A stretch of DNA of 64,000 nucleotides from an uncultured bacterium (GCA_964612675.1 CAZTDD010000012.1:10617-74616); one strand, 5' to 3'. Shown: positions 18,180 through 26,967, counted from the stretch's first letter. Translations and numbers: made by a program. Notes: generated by a model not told the origin, from the sequence alone.

Positions 18180-19613
18180 ATGATTCCTATTCTCGATAAG
18201 GAAGAAGTTCAGAAAGCTAAGACTCAAAACAAGAAATCCGAAGTCGTCGAGGAACAGCGGCTAAACGTTCGATATCATGTCGAAAAGCCGCTGATGGAAC
18301 GTCGCGCAGAGCGTTTCCTCGAGGTTTTCGGGGCTGTCCTCAAGCATTCCAATTACGGTTTCGTTTTAGACCAGTACCTGCGGAACACCGCGAAATGTGC
18401 GCGGTGTGCGATGTCCTGCATGCTGTATGAAGCGACCGGCGACCCGTGCGACGTTCCGTGCTATCGAACGTCTCTCTTGCTCAACATCTATCGACGCCAT
18501 TTCACGTTGGCCGGCACCCTGCAAGCCCGTCTTTTGGGACAACCGGGGGTGACCGACGAAACCATTGAGGAAATGGCGGATTCGTTTTGGAACTGTACCG
18601 CTTGTAGAAAGTGTGTGCTGGAATGCCCTGCCGGTATCGACCACGGCCTCATGACTCACCTCGGTCGTTACCTGCTGAGCGAAATCGGGATTGTCCCGCG
18701 AGCCCTTGCGGTCAGTGTGCGGGAACAGCTCGAGGGAAAGACGCGCAACACGTCCGGCATCCCGCTCCCGGCCATGAAAGACAGCGTTGAGTTCCTCGAA
18801 GAGGAGATTGAAGAAGAGAAGAACGTTTCTGTGAAATTCCCCATGGATGAGGCGGGAGCGGAGTTTCTTTTCTTCGCCCCGGTCAGTGATTACATGATGG
18901 AGGCCGATACGCTCGCGGGAATTGCCTGTGTGCTCCATGTTTTGGGAACGAGCTGGACGATCGGCAGCCAGAACTACGACGGCATTAATTACGGTCTTTT
19001 TTATAACGATGCGCTGATGGATCGCATTCTGCAGCAGATTGCAGACGAGATAGAACGGCTTCAAACGAAGAAGATCCTGATCGGCGAATGCGGACACGCG
19101 TCTCGAACCGCAAAAGGTTTCGTCAACACCTACTTCGCAGGGGAAAATCCGCCGGAAGTGGTGAGCATCATCGAATACACGCACCGTGCCCTCAAGGAAG
19201 GTCGTATCAAACTCGATCCGAACGTTGTCACCGAACGAGTGACGTACCACGATCCCTGCAACATGGGTCGCCAAGGCTGGATCGTGGACCAGCCTCGCGA
19301 GATCCTCCGTTCGTTCTGTAAGGATTACGTCGAGATGACGCCGATGGGGCGTGAAAATTACTGTTGCGGCGGTGGCGGCGGAACGGTTTCTGTGGACGAG
19401 CTGCGGCCTTACCGCACGGCAATCGCAGGGAGAGTCAAGGCCGATCAAATTCGTGCGACAGGGGCGAAGACTGTCGTTGCTCCCTGTGCGAATTGTAAAA
19501 AGCAGTTGCGAGAAGTAGTGGAAGATCAAGGTTTGGATTGTGAGATTGTCGGACTCCACGACCTGATTTACAGGGCGATTATCCTGGAACCCGACAAGAA
19601 GGAAGAGAAATAG
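18180..19613 (+). CDS. HmcF/DsrK/TmcB-like (HdrD-family) Fe-S protein with CCG domain
   Basis: TAKCARCAMSC, WNCTACRKCVLECPAGID, GECGHASR, YHDPCNMGR, YCCGGGGG, APCANCKKQL. Confidence 0.88.
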   Translation: MIPILDKEEVQKAKTQNKKSEVVEEQRLNVRYHVEKPLMERRAERFLEVFGAVLKHSNYGFVLDQYLRNTAKCARCAMSCMLYEATGDPCDVPCYRTSLLLNIYRRHFTLAGTLQARLLGQPGVTDETIEEMADSFWNCTACRKCVLECPAGIDHGLMTHLGRYLLSEIGIVPRALAVSVREQLEGKTRNTSGIPLPAMKDSVEFLEEEIEEEKNVSVKFPMDEAGAEFLFFAPVSDYMMEADTLAGIACVLHVLGTSWTIGSQNYDGINYGLFYNDALMDRILQQIADEIERLQTKKILIGECGHASRTAKGFVNTYFAGENPPEVVSIIEYTHRALKEGRIKLDPNVVTERVTYHDPCNMGRQGWIVDQPREILRSFCKDYVEMTPMGRENYCCGGGGGTVSVDELRPYRTAIAGRVKADQIRATGAKTVVAPCANCKKQLREVVEDQGLDCEIVGLHDLIYRAIILEPDKKEEK

Positions 19614-19757
19614 CAGGGCAGGAAGTTCGGGAGATACAGAGGGGGTTGACATTAAAAATGTACTTTTTGCCGGACTATCAAGAGGGAGGAGCTTCCGGCG
19701 AGGTAGAATCGAAAAAAAGAAATCGAATCCGTTCATGAGAAACATGGAGGACAAGCA

Positions 19758-20471
19758 TTGGAAGCCTGGCTTGAATTTGCACGCGGTCCGTTATTTCGCT
19801 TCACATTTGGATTATGTCTTCTCGGTCTGTTGAGGAACATCGTACTTGCGGTCTGGTCGATTGGGCGAGCCTATCATAAAGCGGGCGACAAACAGCTTCC
19901 TTGGGCTTTGATCCGCCAGCGCACGATTCGTTGGCTCTTCCCGTTTCAGTTGAGCCGGAAAAACCGATTCTTCTACAGTATTTGTTCAATCCTATTTCAT
20001 ATCGGTCTGATTCTTGTACCGATTTTCCTTTTTGCGCACTTACGTCTTTGGGAAAGCGCATTCGGCATCGGCTGGCTTACACGATTCGCGCTGCCGAAAT
20101 TGTTTGCGGATATTCTTACCGTTACGACAATTATTACCGCGATGATTCTCTTTTTCGGCCGCGTTGGCAGTTCTGCGTCGCGTGTAATCAGCAGCACACA
20201 GGATATTCTGTGGCCGATTCTGCTGATGTTGCCTTTCATTTCAGGTCTTTTATGTGCCTATCCAACCTTCGATCCGCTGAATTACCATACGATGATGCTC
20301 ATTCATATTTTGAGTGCCGAATTGATTTTTGTGTTGCTTCCTTTCACCAAGATTGCGCATTGTGTTTTGGTTCCGTTTTCGCATCTTGTCTCCGAACTCG
20401 GCTGGCGGTTTCCGCGAACGGCCGGCCGCGATGTCGACATAACACTGGGTAAACAGGGACAGCCATTATGA
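19758..20471 (+). CDS. HmcE/DsrM/NarI-like diheme cytochrome b membrane subunit
   Basis: TTG start after GGAGG; His pairs in LFHIGLILVPIFLFAH and LIHILSAELIFVLLPFTKIAH. Confidence 0.85.
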   Translation: MEAWLEFARGPLFRFTFGLCLLGLLRNIVLAVWSIGRAYHKAGDKQLPWALIRQRTIRWLFPFQLSRKNRFFYSICSILFHIGLILVPIFLFAHLRLWESAFGIGWLTRFALPKLFADILTVTTIITAMILFFGRVGSSASRVISSTQDILWPILLMLPFISGLLCAYPTFDPLNYHTMMLIHILSAELIFVLLPFTKIAHCVLVPFSHLVSELGWRFPRTAGRDVDITLGKQGQPL

Positions 20472-21211
20472 TTGGAATCCTCACCGATGTGACAAAATGC
20501 ATCGGCTGTAACAAGTGTGTTTTGGCCTGCAAGACCACGTACGATTTGCCTCAGGAACTGCCTCGCCGCTGGCAGAAGCCGGACGGCCTCAGCGGACGGA
20601 ATTGGACATCCGTTGTCCGGATCGAGAACCGATTCGTCCGCAAGCAGTGCCGTCACTGTCAGGAGCCCGCATGCGCATCCGCGTGCCCCGTCGCCGCCTT
20701 GAAGAAAGAGGATACGGGAGCGGTCACGTATGACAGCGGGCGCTGTATGGGGTGCCGGTATTGTATGCTTGCTTGCCCATACGGAATCCCACGCTATGAA
20801 TGGGACAGTCCCGTACCGTATATCAGAAAATGCATTCTGTGCCATGAGCGGCTCAAAGAAGGGATACCGCCTGCGTGCACAGAGGCGTGTCCAAACGGAA
20901 CGACAATTTCGGGGACCCGGGAAGAACTGCTGGCCGAAGCGGAACGACGCATGCGTGAGAACCCCTCGCTCCAATTGTACGGCGCGGAGAATGAAATCGG
21001 GGGAACGTGCGTTTTGTATGTCTCCGATGTGGATTTGAGGCCGATGTATGACGGACGCGACCTGCGTGGCGAACCTCCGCTGCCCACACTGACTTCCGTC
21101 GCTATGACAAGCGTTCCGTTCACATTTATCGGAGTCGGAGCCGTGATGCTGGGCCTGCACTGGTTCACAAAACGTCGTGACGAGGTTCAAAACGAAGAGA
21201 AGGAATCCTAG
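20468..21211 (+). CDS. HmcB/HybA/DsrO-like 4x[4Fe-4S] protein with C-terminal TM anchor, no Tat signal
   Basis: CIGCNKCVLAC, CRHCQEPACASACP, CMGCRYCMLACP, CILC...PACTEACP; C-terminal VPFTFIGVGAVMLGLHWF; ATGA overlap with the upstream gene. Confidence 0.9.
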   Translation: MIGILTDVTKCIGCNKCVLACKTTYDLPQELPRRWQKPDGLSGRNWTSVVRIENRFVRKQCRHCQEPACASACPVAALKKEDTGAVTYDSGRCMGCRYCMLACPYGIPRYEWDSPVPYIRKCILCHERLKEGIPPACTEACPNGTTISGTREELLAEAERRMRENPSLQLYGAENEIGGTCVLYVSDVDLRPMYDGRDLRGEPPLPTLTSVAMTSVPFTFIGVGAVMLGLHWFTKRRDEVQNEEKES

Positions 21212-21220
21212 AGAGGGCTG

Positions 21221-23125
21221 ATGGACAGAGTACGCATCGTTAAATTCATCTTGTGGTCGATCGTCGGTTTGGCTTTTGCGGTTGCCGTTCACCGTTTTCT
21301 GTTTGGTCTCGGAGCGAGTACACACCTCAATGATGTCACTCCATGGGGGCTCTGGGTGGGATTCGATGTGATGGGGGGTGTCGCGCTTGCGGCGGGTGGC
21401 TTCGTGATTACGGCCGTTGTCTACATCCTCAAGAAAGATGAATTCAAATCGATTGTCCGGCCGGCTGTTCTGACCGCGTTTCTCGGCTACGTGGCTGTGG
21501 CTGTCGGGCTTATGGCCGATCTGGGTATTCCATGGCACATCTGGCATCCCGCCGTCTACTGGCAGCACCATTCGGCTCTCTTCGAGGTGGCATGGTGCGT
21601 CATGCTCTATCTGACGGTCCTTTCACTGGAATTCCTTCCGGTTCCTTTGGAATCAACCAGTTTCCTGGGAGGACTTCGTCGATTCCTCGTCAATAATCGC
21701 CTGATCCTCGTGATTCTCGGGATTATGCTATCGACACTCCATCAGTCTTCCCTCGGGACACTGTTTCTGATCATGCCGTATCGGCTTCACCCGCTTTGGT
21801 ATTCACCCATCTTACCGGTTCTGTTTTTCATTTCGGCGATCAGTCTTGGTTTGATGATGGTCACTCTCGAGTATCTTATTACGCATTTTCTTTACAGACG
21901 CGAAATTAAGGTCGATTTACTCTCGAAACTGTGCCGAAGTGCCGCCTGGGTTTTGATTGGCTTTCTGTTTGTGCGGTTTGTCGACCTGGCCGGTCGGGGT
22001 TCTCTATCGGCTTTGTTCAACGGAACATGGGAGAGTGGTTGGTTTCTCTTTGAGATTCTGGTCAGCGCGATCATCCCCATTCTTCTATTTCTATCGCCCT
22101 GGACTCGGCGTTCCATCGGCGGGCTGGCAGTGGGATCGGTTTTCGGTGTGTTTGGTTTTGTACTAAACCGGATTAATGTCGGCGGAATTTCGATGATTCG
22201 CGCCGTCGAATCCAATTATTTCCCGTCCTGGAACGAGTTTGCCATCAGTGCCGGAGTCGTTTCGGGAGCCGCTCTTGTATTTTTGTTTGCCATTGAGCAT
22301 TTCAATGTCTGGCGGGAACGTCCCGTTGACGAGGATGCTGACCCACACAGAGTTCCTCGTTTCGATCCGGTCGCCTCTGTTTGGCTGGGGGATCCCATAG
22401 GTGCCGCCTTAAAGAGAAATTCGGTTGGTTTTATTTTTGCGGCGGCGCTGGGATTCGGCTTCCTTTCATTCAATCCTATCGAGACGCAAGGACTGGAAAG
22501 GGTAGCGGCTCAGCCCGCACGAGGGCACGACACCATGGTAATCGATGCGAACCTAGATGGATTCGGGGTGAACTTCGATCACCAACGTCACAAGCGAAGC
22601 CTGGGCGGCGACAACTCATGCGCGATTTGCCATCACGCCCGCGTGCCGGGGGACGAGTATACTTCATGTAGTACATGCCATCGAAACATGTATTTAACCG
22701 CCTCGATTTTCGACCATCGACAACATGAGGTTTGGCTCGGAGGCGACGAGTCCTGTGTCGAATGTCATCCGGCGGGTTCGGTCAGGTCTGCGGAAACGGC
22801 GAAACGATGCGATAGTTGTCATAACCCCGATAGTCTGACTGTTGCCGTGCAGAATAGTCCGATCCTGATGGACGACTACGAAGCATCCAGTCACACGGAT
22901 GCTATGCACGGGCTGTGCATCACCTGTCATCGCGAGATCGCCGATCTCATCAATCGTCCCACGCATGGAGTCTGTTCAACGTGTCATCCGAATGCTCCCG
23001 CAGAGAAAGAGAATGAATGGGTGGAACGGACGCGAGCAACCGCTTCGCATCGCTGGGTGATTTCCGCCCCGCTTTTACCGGAAAATATCGACCGAGAGCG
23101 GCTGCGTCAGGCCGTAACGAAATAG
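21221..23125 (+). CDS. HmcC/HybB (NrfD family) integral membrane protein fused to a class III-like multiheme cytochrome c (6 CxxCH)
   Basis: PWGLWVGFDVMGGVALAAGGF, SALFEVAWC, LSTLHQSSLG; then CAICH, CSTCH, CVECH, CDSCH, CITCH, CSTCH with two FDHxxH motifs. Confidence 0.88.
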   Translation: MDRVRIVKFILWSIVGLAFAVAVHRFLFGLGASTHLNDVTPWGLWVGFDVMGGVALAAGGFVITAVVYILKKDEFKSIVRPAVLTAFLGYVAVAVGLMADLGIPWHIWHPAVYWQHHSALFEVAWCVMLYLTVLSLEFLPVPLESTSFLGGLRRFLVNNRLILVILGIMLSTLHQSSLGTLFLIMPYRLHPLWYSPILPVLFFISAISLGLMMVTLEYLITHFLYRREIKVDLLSKLCRSAAWVLIGFLFVRFVDLAGRGSLSALFNGTWESGWFLFEILVSAIIPILLFLSPWTRRSIGGLAVGSVFGVFGFVLNRINVGGISMIRAVESNYFPSWNEFAISAGVVSGAALVFLFAIEHFNVWRERPVDEDADPHRVPRFDPVASVWLGDPIGAALKRNSVGFIFAAALGFGFLSFNPIETQGLERVAAQPARGHDTMVIDANLDGFGVNFDHQRHKRSLGGDNSCAICHHARVPGDEYTSCSTCHRNMYLTASIFDHRQHEVWLGGDESCVECHPAGSVRSAETAKRCDSCHNPDSLTVAVQNSPILMDDYEASSHTDAMHGLCITCHREIADLINRPTHGVCSTCHPNAPAEKENEWVERTRATASHRWVISAPLLPENIDRERLRQAVTK

Positions 23126-23380
23126 CGTTTCACGATGGCGGCTGTGTCAGGCCCTAATGAAAGAGAGTTTCACGATGGCGGCTGCGTCAGGCGGTAGCGA
23201 AATAGCGTTTCACGATGGCGGCTGCGTCAGGCCGTAGCGAAATAGCGTTTCACGATGGCGGCTGCGTCAGGCGGTAACGAAATAGCGTTTCTCGACGGCG
23301 GCCGCGTCAGGCCGTAACGAAATAGTGTTTCACGATGGCGGCTGCGTCAGGCGGTAGCGAAAGAAAGTTTCTCGATAACG
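23101..23380 (+). repeat. Tandem repeat, 7 x 40 bp, no spacers
   Basis: Consensus gctgcgtcaggcSgtaRcgaaatagcgtttcacgatggcg; copies start at 23101, 23141, 23181, 23221, 23261, 23301, 23341. Confidence 0.95.
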
Positions 23381-23423
23381 AGATCGTACTCTCGTTTTCT
23401 CTAACCCCGATTGACCTTTTTCG

Positions 23424-23457
23424 CCTCTCCCCCCGGGAGAGGGTAGGGTGAGGGGGC
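23424..23457. repeat. REP/BoxC-like palindrome, family B
   Basis: cctctccccccgggagagggtagggtgagggggc; inverted copy at 43802-43835. Confidence 0.75.
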
Positions 23458-23467
23458 TTCAATCATC

Positions 23468-25285
23468 ATGTGCCAGGACACACAAAACAACGACCTCCAG
23501 GACTGGCTTCGAGTTCAAGCTCTCGATCATGTTTACAGTAATGTTGCGGTGATCGATCGCGATTACCGCGTTGTTGTCGCCAATAAGAGTTTCGAAGACA
23601 CATTTGGATCGTGGCAGGGAGCATTCTGTTACTGGTTATATAAGAACCGGCAGCAGCCCTGCGAGAAATGTCCCACGCGACAGACCTTCGAAGACGGAAA
23701 ATCCCGAGTCCGGCACGAAACCGGCGTGGATCAACACGGGAAAATCGCCTATTACGTACTCAGGACGGAACCCATCTTCGGAAAGGATGGGAATGTTGAG
23801 TACGTCATTGAACTGAGTAACGACATTATCAAGACTCAGGACGTCCATCGCGTTTATCATGTCCTTTTCGATCAGGTACCCTGTTACGTTCAAATCCTGG
23901 ATCGCGACCTGAGAGTGGTGCGGGCCAACGAACGGCAGATTGAAACGTTCGGTGAAAGCGAAGGGAAACACTGTTACGAGGTTTTCCGCAGACGATCTAC
24001 ACATTGTCATCCCTGTCCGGCGCTGCTCGCTTTTCAAGACGGAAAACCGCATACGTTCGAACAGACACGAACCACAAAAGACGGGCGGACCGTGCTGAAT
24101 GTTGTCACGGCCGCTCCGATTTCACTCGGGGACGGGGATATCACTCACGTTTTCGAAATTGCGATGGACGTTACTGCGGTTCGCAGTCTGCAGAGTCAGT
24201 TGAAGAAGGCGACCGCACTCGAGGAAAGTCTGATCGACAATTCCAATGACGGAGTCATCGCATTTGACGAAAAAGGCCGTGTAACCGTCTTCAACCCCGC
24301 CGCAGAGGCGATTCTGAAATGTCTAGCCGGAGAGGCCGTCAGTGGCGGGACGATCAAAAAAATGCTCCCGGAAGAGTTCAACGAGGTACTCGAAGGGCAG
24401 CGGTCGAGCTGTCATTTCGATGAAACGGTAGTACGTGCGAAAGACGGCGAGGAAGTGCCCGTTCGATTCAGCGGGGTTCATCTGATGAGTAGCGATGGCT
24501 CGCTGGGCAGCGCGGTTTTCTTTCAGGATCTCAGGCCTATCAAAAGCCTTGAGCTGGAAAAACTGGAAGCGGAACGATTGGCCGCCGTTGGGGAGACCGT
24601 GGCGGGACTCGCACACAGCATTAAGAACGTTCTTCAAGCCCTGGAAGGCGGCATGTATGCAGTTCGGTCCGGTTTGAAAAAGAAAGACGAAAACCGCATG
24701 GAGAAAGGATGGAATGTTATCGAGAAGAACTTTGACAAGGTAACCGGCCTGGTCAAGGATTTTCTCAGTTTCTCCAAGGGACGACTGCCGGAAGCAAGAG
24801 TAGTGAATCCGAACGATCTTGTTCACGAGGTAGTGAATCTCTATAAAGATGTCGCAGCGAAGTCCAACGTAGAACTCGTAGCCGATCTCGACGAGTCCAT
24901 CGCACCGGCCGCTCTGGACCCGAGCGGTATCCATACATGTCTCACAAACCTACTCTCGAATGCTATCGATGCGTGCCAAATGAGTGACGAAGGGCATGGG
25001 CGGGTGACGATTAGGACACAAGAGGAAGACGATGTTCTGCGATTCGAGGTGATGGACGACGGCGTCGGCATGGACCATGCAGTAATAAGCAGAGTGTTCA
25101 CTACGTTCTTTACTACAAAAGGAGGCGGGGGTACGGGGTTAGGGTTATTGACAACACGGAAAATCGTTCAGGAGCATGGAGGTTCCATTTCTCTCGATTC
25201 CGAACCGGGAGAAGGCTCGGTTTTCCGGATCGAGTTACCGCGAAAGCGGCTTCCCACGCCGGTGGGCTCGATCCCCGATAGCTGA
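23468..25285 (+). CDS. Cytoplasmic PAS-PAS-PAS sensor histidine kinase
   Basis: GLAHSIKNVL (H box), NLLSNAIDA, DDGVGM, FTTFFTTKGGGGTGLGL; two PAS domains carry C-x10-C-x2-C-P. Confidence 0.93.
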   Translation: MCQDTQNNDLQDWLRVQALDHVYSNVAVIDRDYRVVVANKSFEDTFGSWQGAFCYWLYKNRQQPCEKCPTRQTFEDGKSRVRHETGVDQHGKIAYYVLRTEPIFGKDGNVEYVIELSNDIIKTQDVHRVYHVLFDQVPCYVQILDRDLRVVRANERQIETFGESEGKHCYEVFRRRSTHCHPCPALLAFQDGKPHTFEQTRTTKDGRTVLNVVTAAPISLGDGDITHVFEIAMDVTAVRSLQSQLKKATALEESLIDNSNDGVIAFDEKGRVTVFNPAAEAILKCLAGEAVSGGTIKKMLPEEFNEVLEGQRSSCHFDETVVRAKDGEEVPVRFSGVHLMSSDGSLGSAVFFQDLRPIKSLELEKLEAERLAAVGETVAGLAHSIKNVLQALEGGMYAVRSGLKKKDENRMEKGWNVIEKNFDKVTGLVKDFLSFSKGRLPEARVVNPNDLVHEVVNLYKDVAAKSNVELVADLDESIAPAALDPSGIHTCLTNLLSNAIDACQMSDEGHGRVTIRTQEEDDVLRFEVMDDGVGMDHAVISRVFTTFFTTKGGGGTGLGLLTTRKIVQEHGGSISLDSEPGEGSVFRIELPRKRLPTPVGSIPDS

Positions 25286-25400
25286 ACTCCATGATCGAAT
25301 GCTATGAAATCCGGATGAGAAATGGTATAAAAGCTAGGGGAGGCGGGAGAGAAAAATGGCGTTGGTTCTCAGGATACGCACCCTTTAAGGAGGTTTTACG

Positions 25401-25928
25401 GTGTCCCCAAACGGGAAGAAAACTATTTTGGTCGTAGATGACGAACAAGAGGTCCGGGACTTCTTGACTATGGCGCTGGAAGACGCGGAATTCGATGTAG
25501 TCCAGGCCTCGGACGGGAACGAAGCTCTGGAGAAGATCAAGGAAAAAACACCGGATCTGATTTCACTCGATTTGGTAATGCCGAAGCATTCGGGTGCGAA
25601 ACTGTACCACGATTTGCAGAAGAACAAAGAACTGTCGAGAATCCCCGTGCTGATCGTGACGGGGCACGCCCGGGACGAACTGGGACGAACCGATTTCGAG
25701 GAACTGACCATGTCCGGGCCCGGTGTGTACCTCGAAAAACCTGTGAAGCCCAAAGAGTACGTAAATGCAATTCGCAATATCCTCCATTTGGAAGAGGAAG
25801 AACAAGCGAAACCGGAATCCGATGTCGATCAGCTCAAAGACGAACTGAAATCGCTCGTCGATGAAGCCGGGGAAGATGATCTGAAAGAAGCCATGCGCAT
25901 TCTCCGAAACAAAAGGGGGCAGCAATAG
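25401..25928 (+). CDS. Receiver-domain response regulator with acidic C-terminal extension (Rrf1-like)
   Basis: TILVVDDE, PDLISLDLVMP, YLEKP. Confidence 0.9.
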   Translation: MSPNGKKTILVVDDEQEVRDFLTMALEDAEFDVVQASDGNEALEKIKEKTPDLISLDLVMPKHSGAKLYHDLQKNKELSRIPVLIVTGHARDELGRTDFEELTMSGPGVYLEKPVKPKEYVNAIRNILHLEEEEQAKPESDVDQLKDELKSLVDEAGEDDLKEAMRILRNKRGQQ

Positions 25929-26066
25929 GTCTTTCGGACTCGATCTCAGTCGAAAGGAACAGCGGTTTCTTGAACGATGAGACCGAGCGTCACCGGAAAC
26001 ACGGTAACCTTCCGGTTGTCTCATGAGCAGCCGAGGTAGACAATAGAACATTTACATCAGCAGCGA

Positions 26067-26093
26067 CAAATGCAAAGGCATGTTAGCCGATGA
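26067..26093 (+). promoter_or_regulatory. Possible sigma28 (FliA/SigD)-type promoter
   Basis: CAAA-N15-GCCGATGA versus consensus TAAA-N15-GCCGATAA, followed by GGAGGA SD and ATG 26113. Confidence 0.4.
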
Positions 26094-26112
26094 TTCCCGT
26101 GGAGGATAGAAA

Positions 26113-26517
26113 ATGGCCGAATCGGAAGGGAAAACGATCCTCGTAATTGAAGACGAAGACGATGTGGTTCAGTTCCTTGAGATGGTACTTCAGGATGAAG
26201 GCTATCAGGTGGTCGCCGCAGCGGACGGAAACGAGGCGATGGAAAAGATCAAGGAGCAAAAACCGGATTTGATCACTCTCGACCTGATCATGCCGAGCAA
26301 GACTGGGATCGGCTTCTACAACGATCTCCGCCATTCCGATGAATACAAAGACATCCCGATTATCGTTATTACCGGTGTTGACCGCGACTCTTCCGGGATG
26401 ATCAGCTTCCGTAAATTTCTCGAAAGCCGGGCCGTGAGTAAGCCTCAAGCGTACTTGGTAAAACCGATCAACTCCGATGAACTCGTTGAGACAGTGAAAA
26501 ACGTTCTGTCCGGCTGA
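26113..26517 (+). CDS. Single-domain response regulator, paralog of 25401
   Basis: TILVIEDE, PDLITLDLIMP, YLVKP. Confidence 0.9.
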   Translation: MAESEGKTILVIEDEDDVVQFLEMVLQDEGYQVVAAADGNEAMEKIKEQKPDLITLDLIMPSKTGIGFYNDLRHSDEYKDIPIIVITGVDRDSSGMISFRKFLESRAVSKPQAYLVKPINSDELVETVKNVLSG

Positions 26518-26612
26518 ACCGGCACGGGGCTGACGTAGGTATTTACTCTCTGTGGCGCTGCTGTCTTTGTCGGGTTGAACCTCCCCCTTCATCGCGATAG
26601 CTTGTCCATATT

Positions 26613-26930
26613 ATGAAAAGTATCGACAGTTCTTTCGCCACAAAGATTCCCCCAGAGGATCTGGAAGCAGCACGGGCGAGTTTGCCCGAATCTCTCCGAC
26701 AAGTCGACACAGCAGTTCGTATACAGGCGTTTCTGCATTTAACCCGGAGTGAGAGCCAAGCAAGCGGCGGTCCTTCGACTGTTAGTGTGATTGTACCGTC
26801 GGAAGACCTGGAACCCCTCCTGGTATCCGGTTTTGTCCGGTTGGAACATCTCGTCCCTCTCCAAGATGAACGGCATCTTGTTCTTATCGAGGAGGGAGAG
26901 CTTCGCGACACGCTTCACTGCGATTATTGA
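26613..26930 (+). CDS. Hypothetical protein (105 aa), uncertain
   Basis: ATG ORF filling the gap; no recognisable motif or clear SD. Confidence 0.3.
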   Translation: MKSIDSSFATKIPPEDLEAARASLPESLRQVDTAVRIQAFLHLTRSESQASGGPSTVSVIVPSEDLEPLLVSGFVRLEHLVPLQDERHLVLIEEGELRDTLHCDY

Positions 26931-26967
26931 CAGCATCTATGTGTCGACAACAATCGGAACGTGAAGA

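Noticed and set aside
18366-19754. 462-aa antisense ORF; likewise 20303-21571, 30067-31263, 35417-36601 and 41511-42746
   Set aside because: These are shadows of well-supported + strand genes and show no recognisable motifs.
21221-23125. Assigning dsrP/dsrJ or hybB gene symbols
   Set aside because: The order and fusion fit neither operon, and there are no dsrAB/dsrC or hydrogenase genes in the window, so symbols were withheld.
23101-23380. Possible CRISPR array
   Set aside because: The 40-bp units are directly adjacent with no unique spacers, and no cas genes are present.
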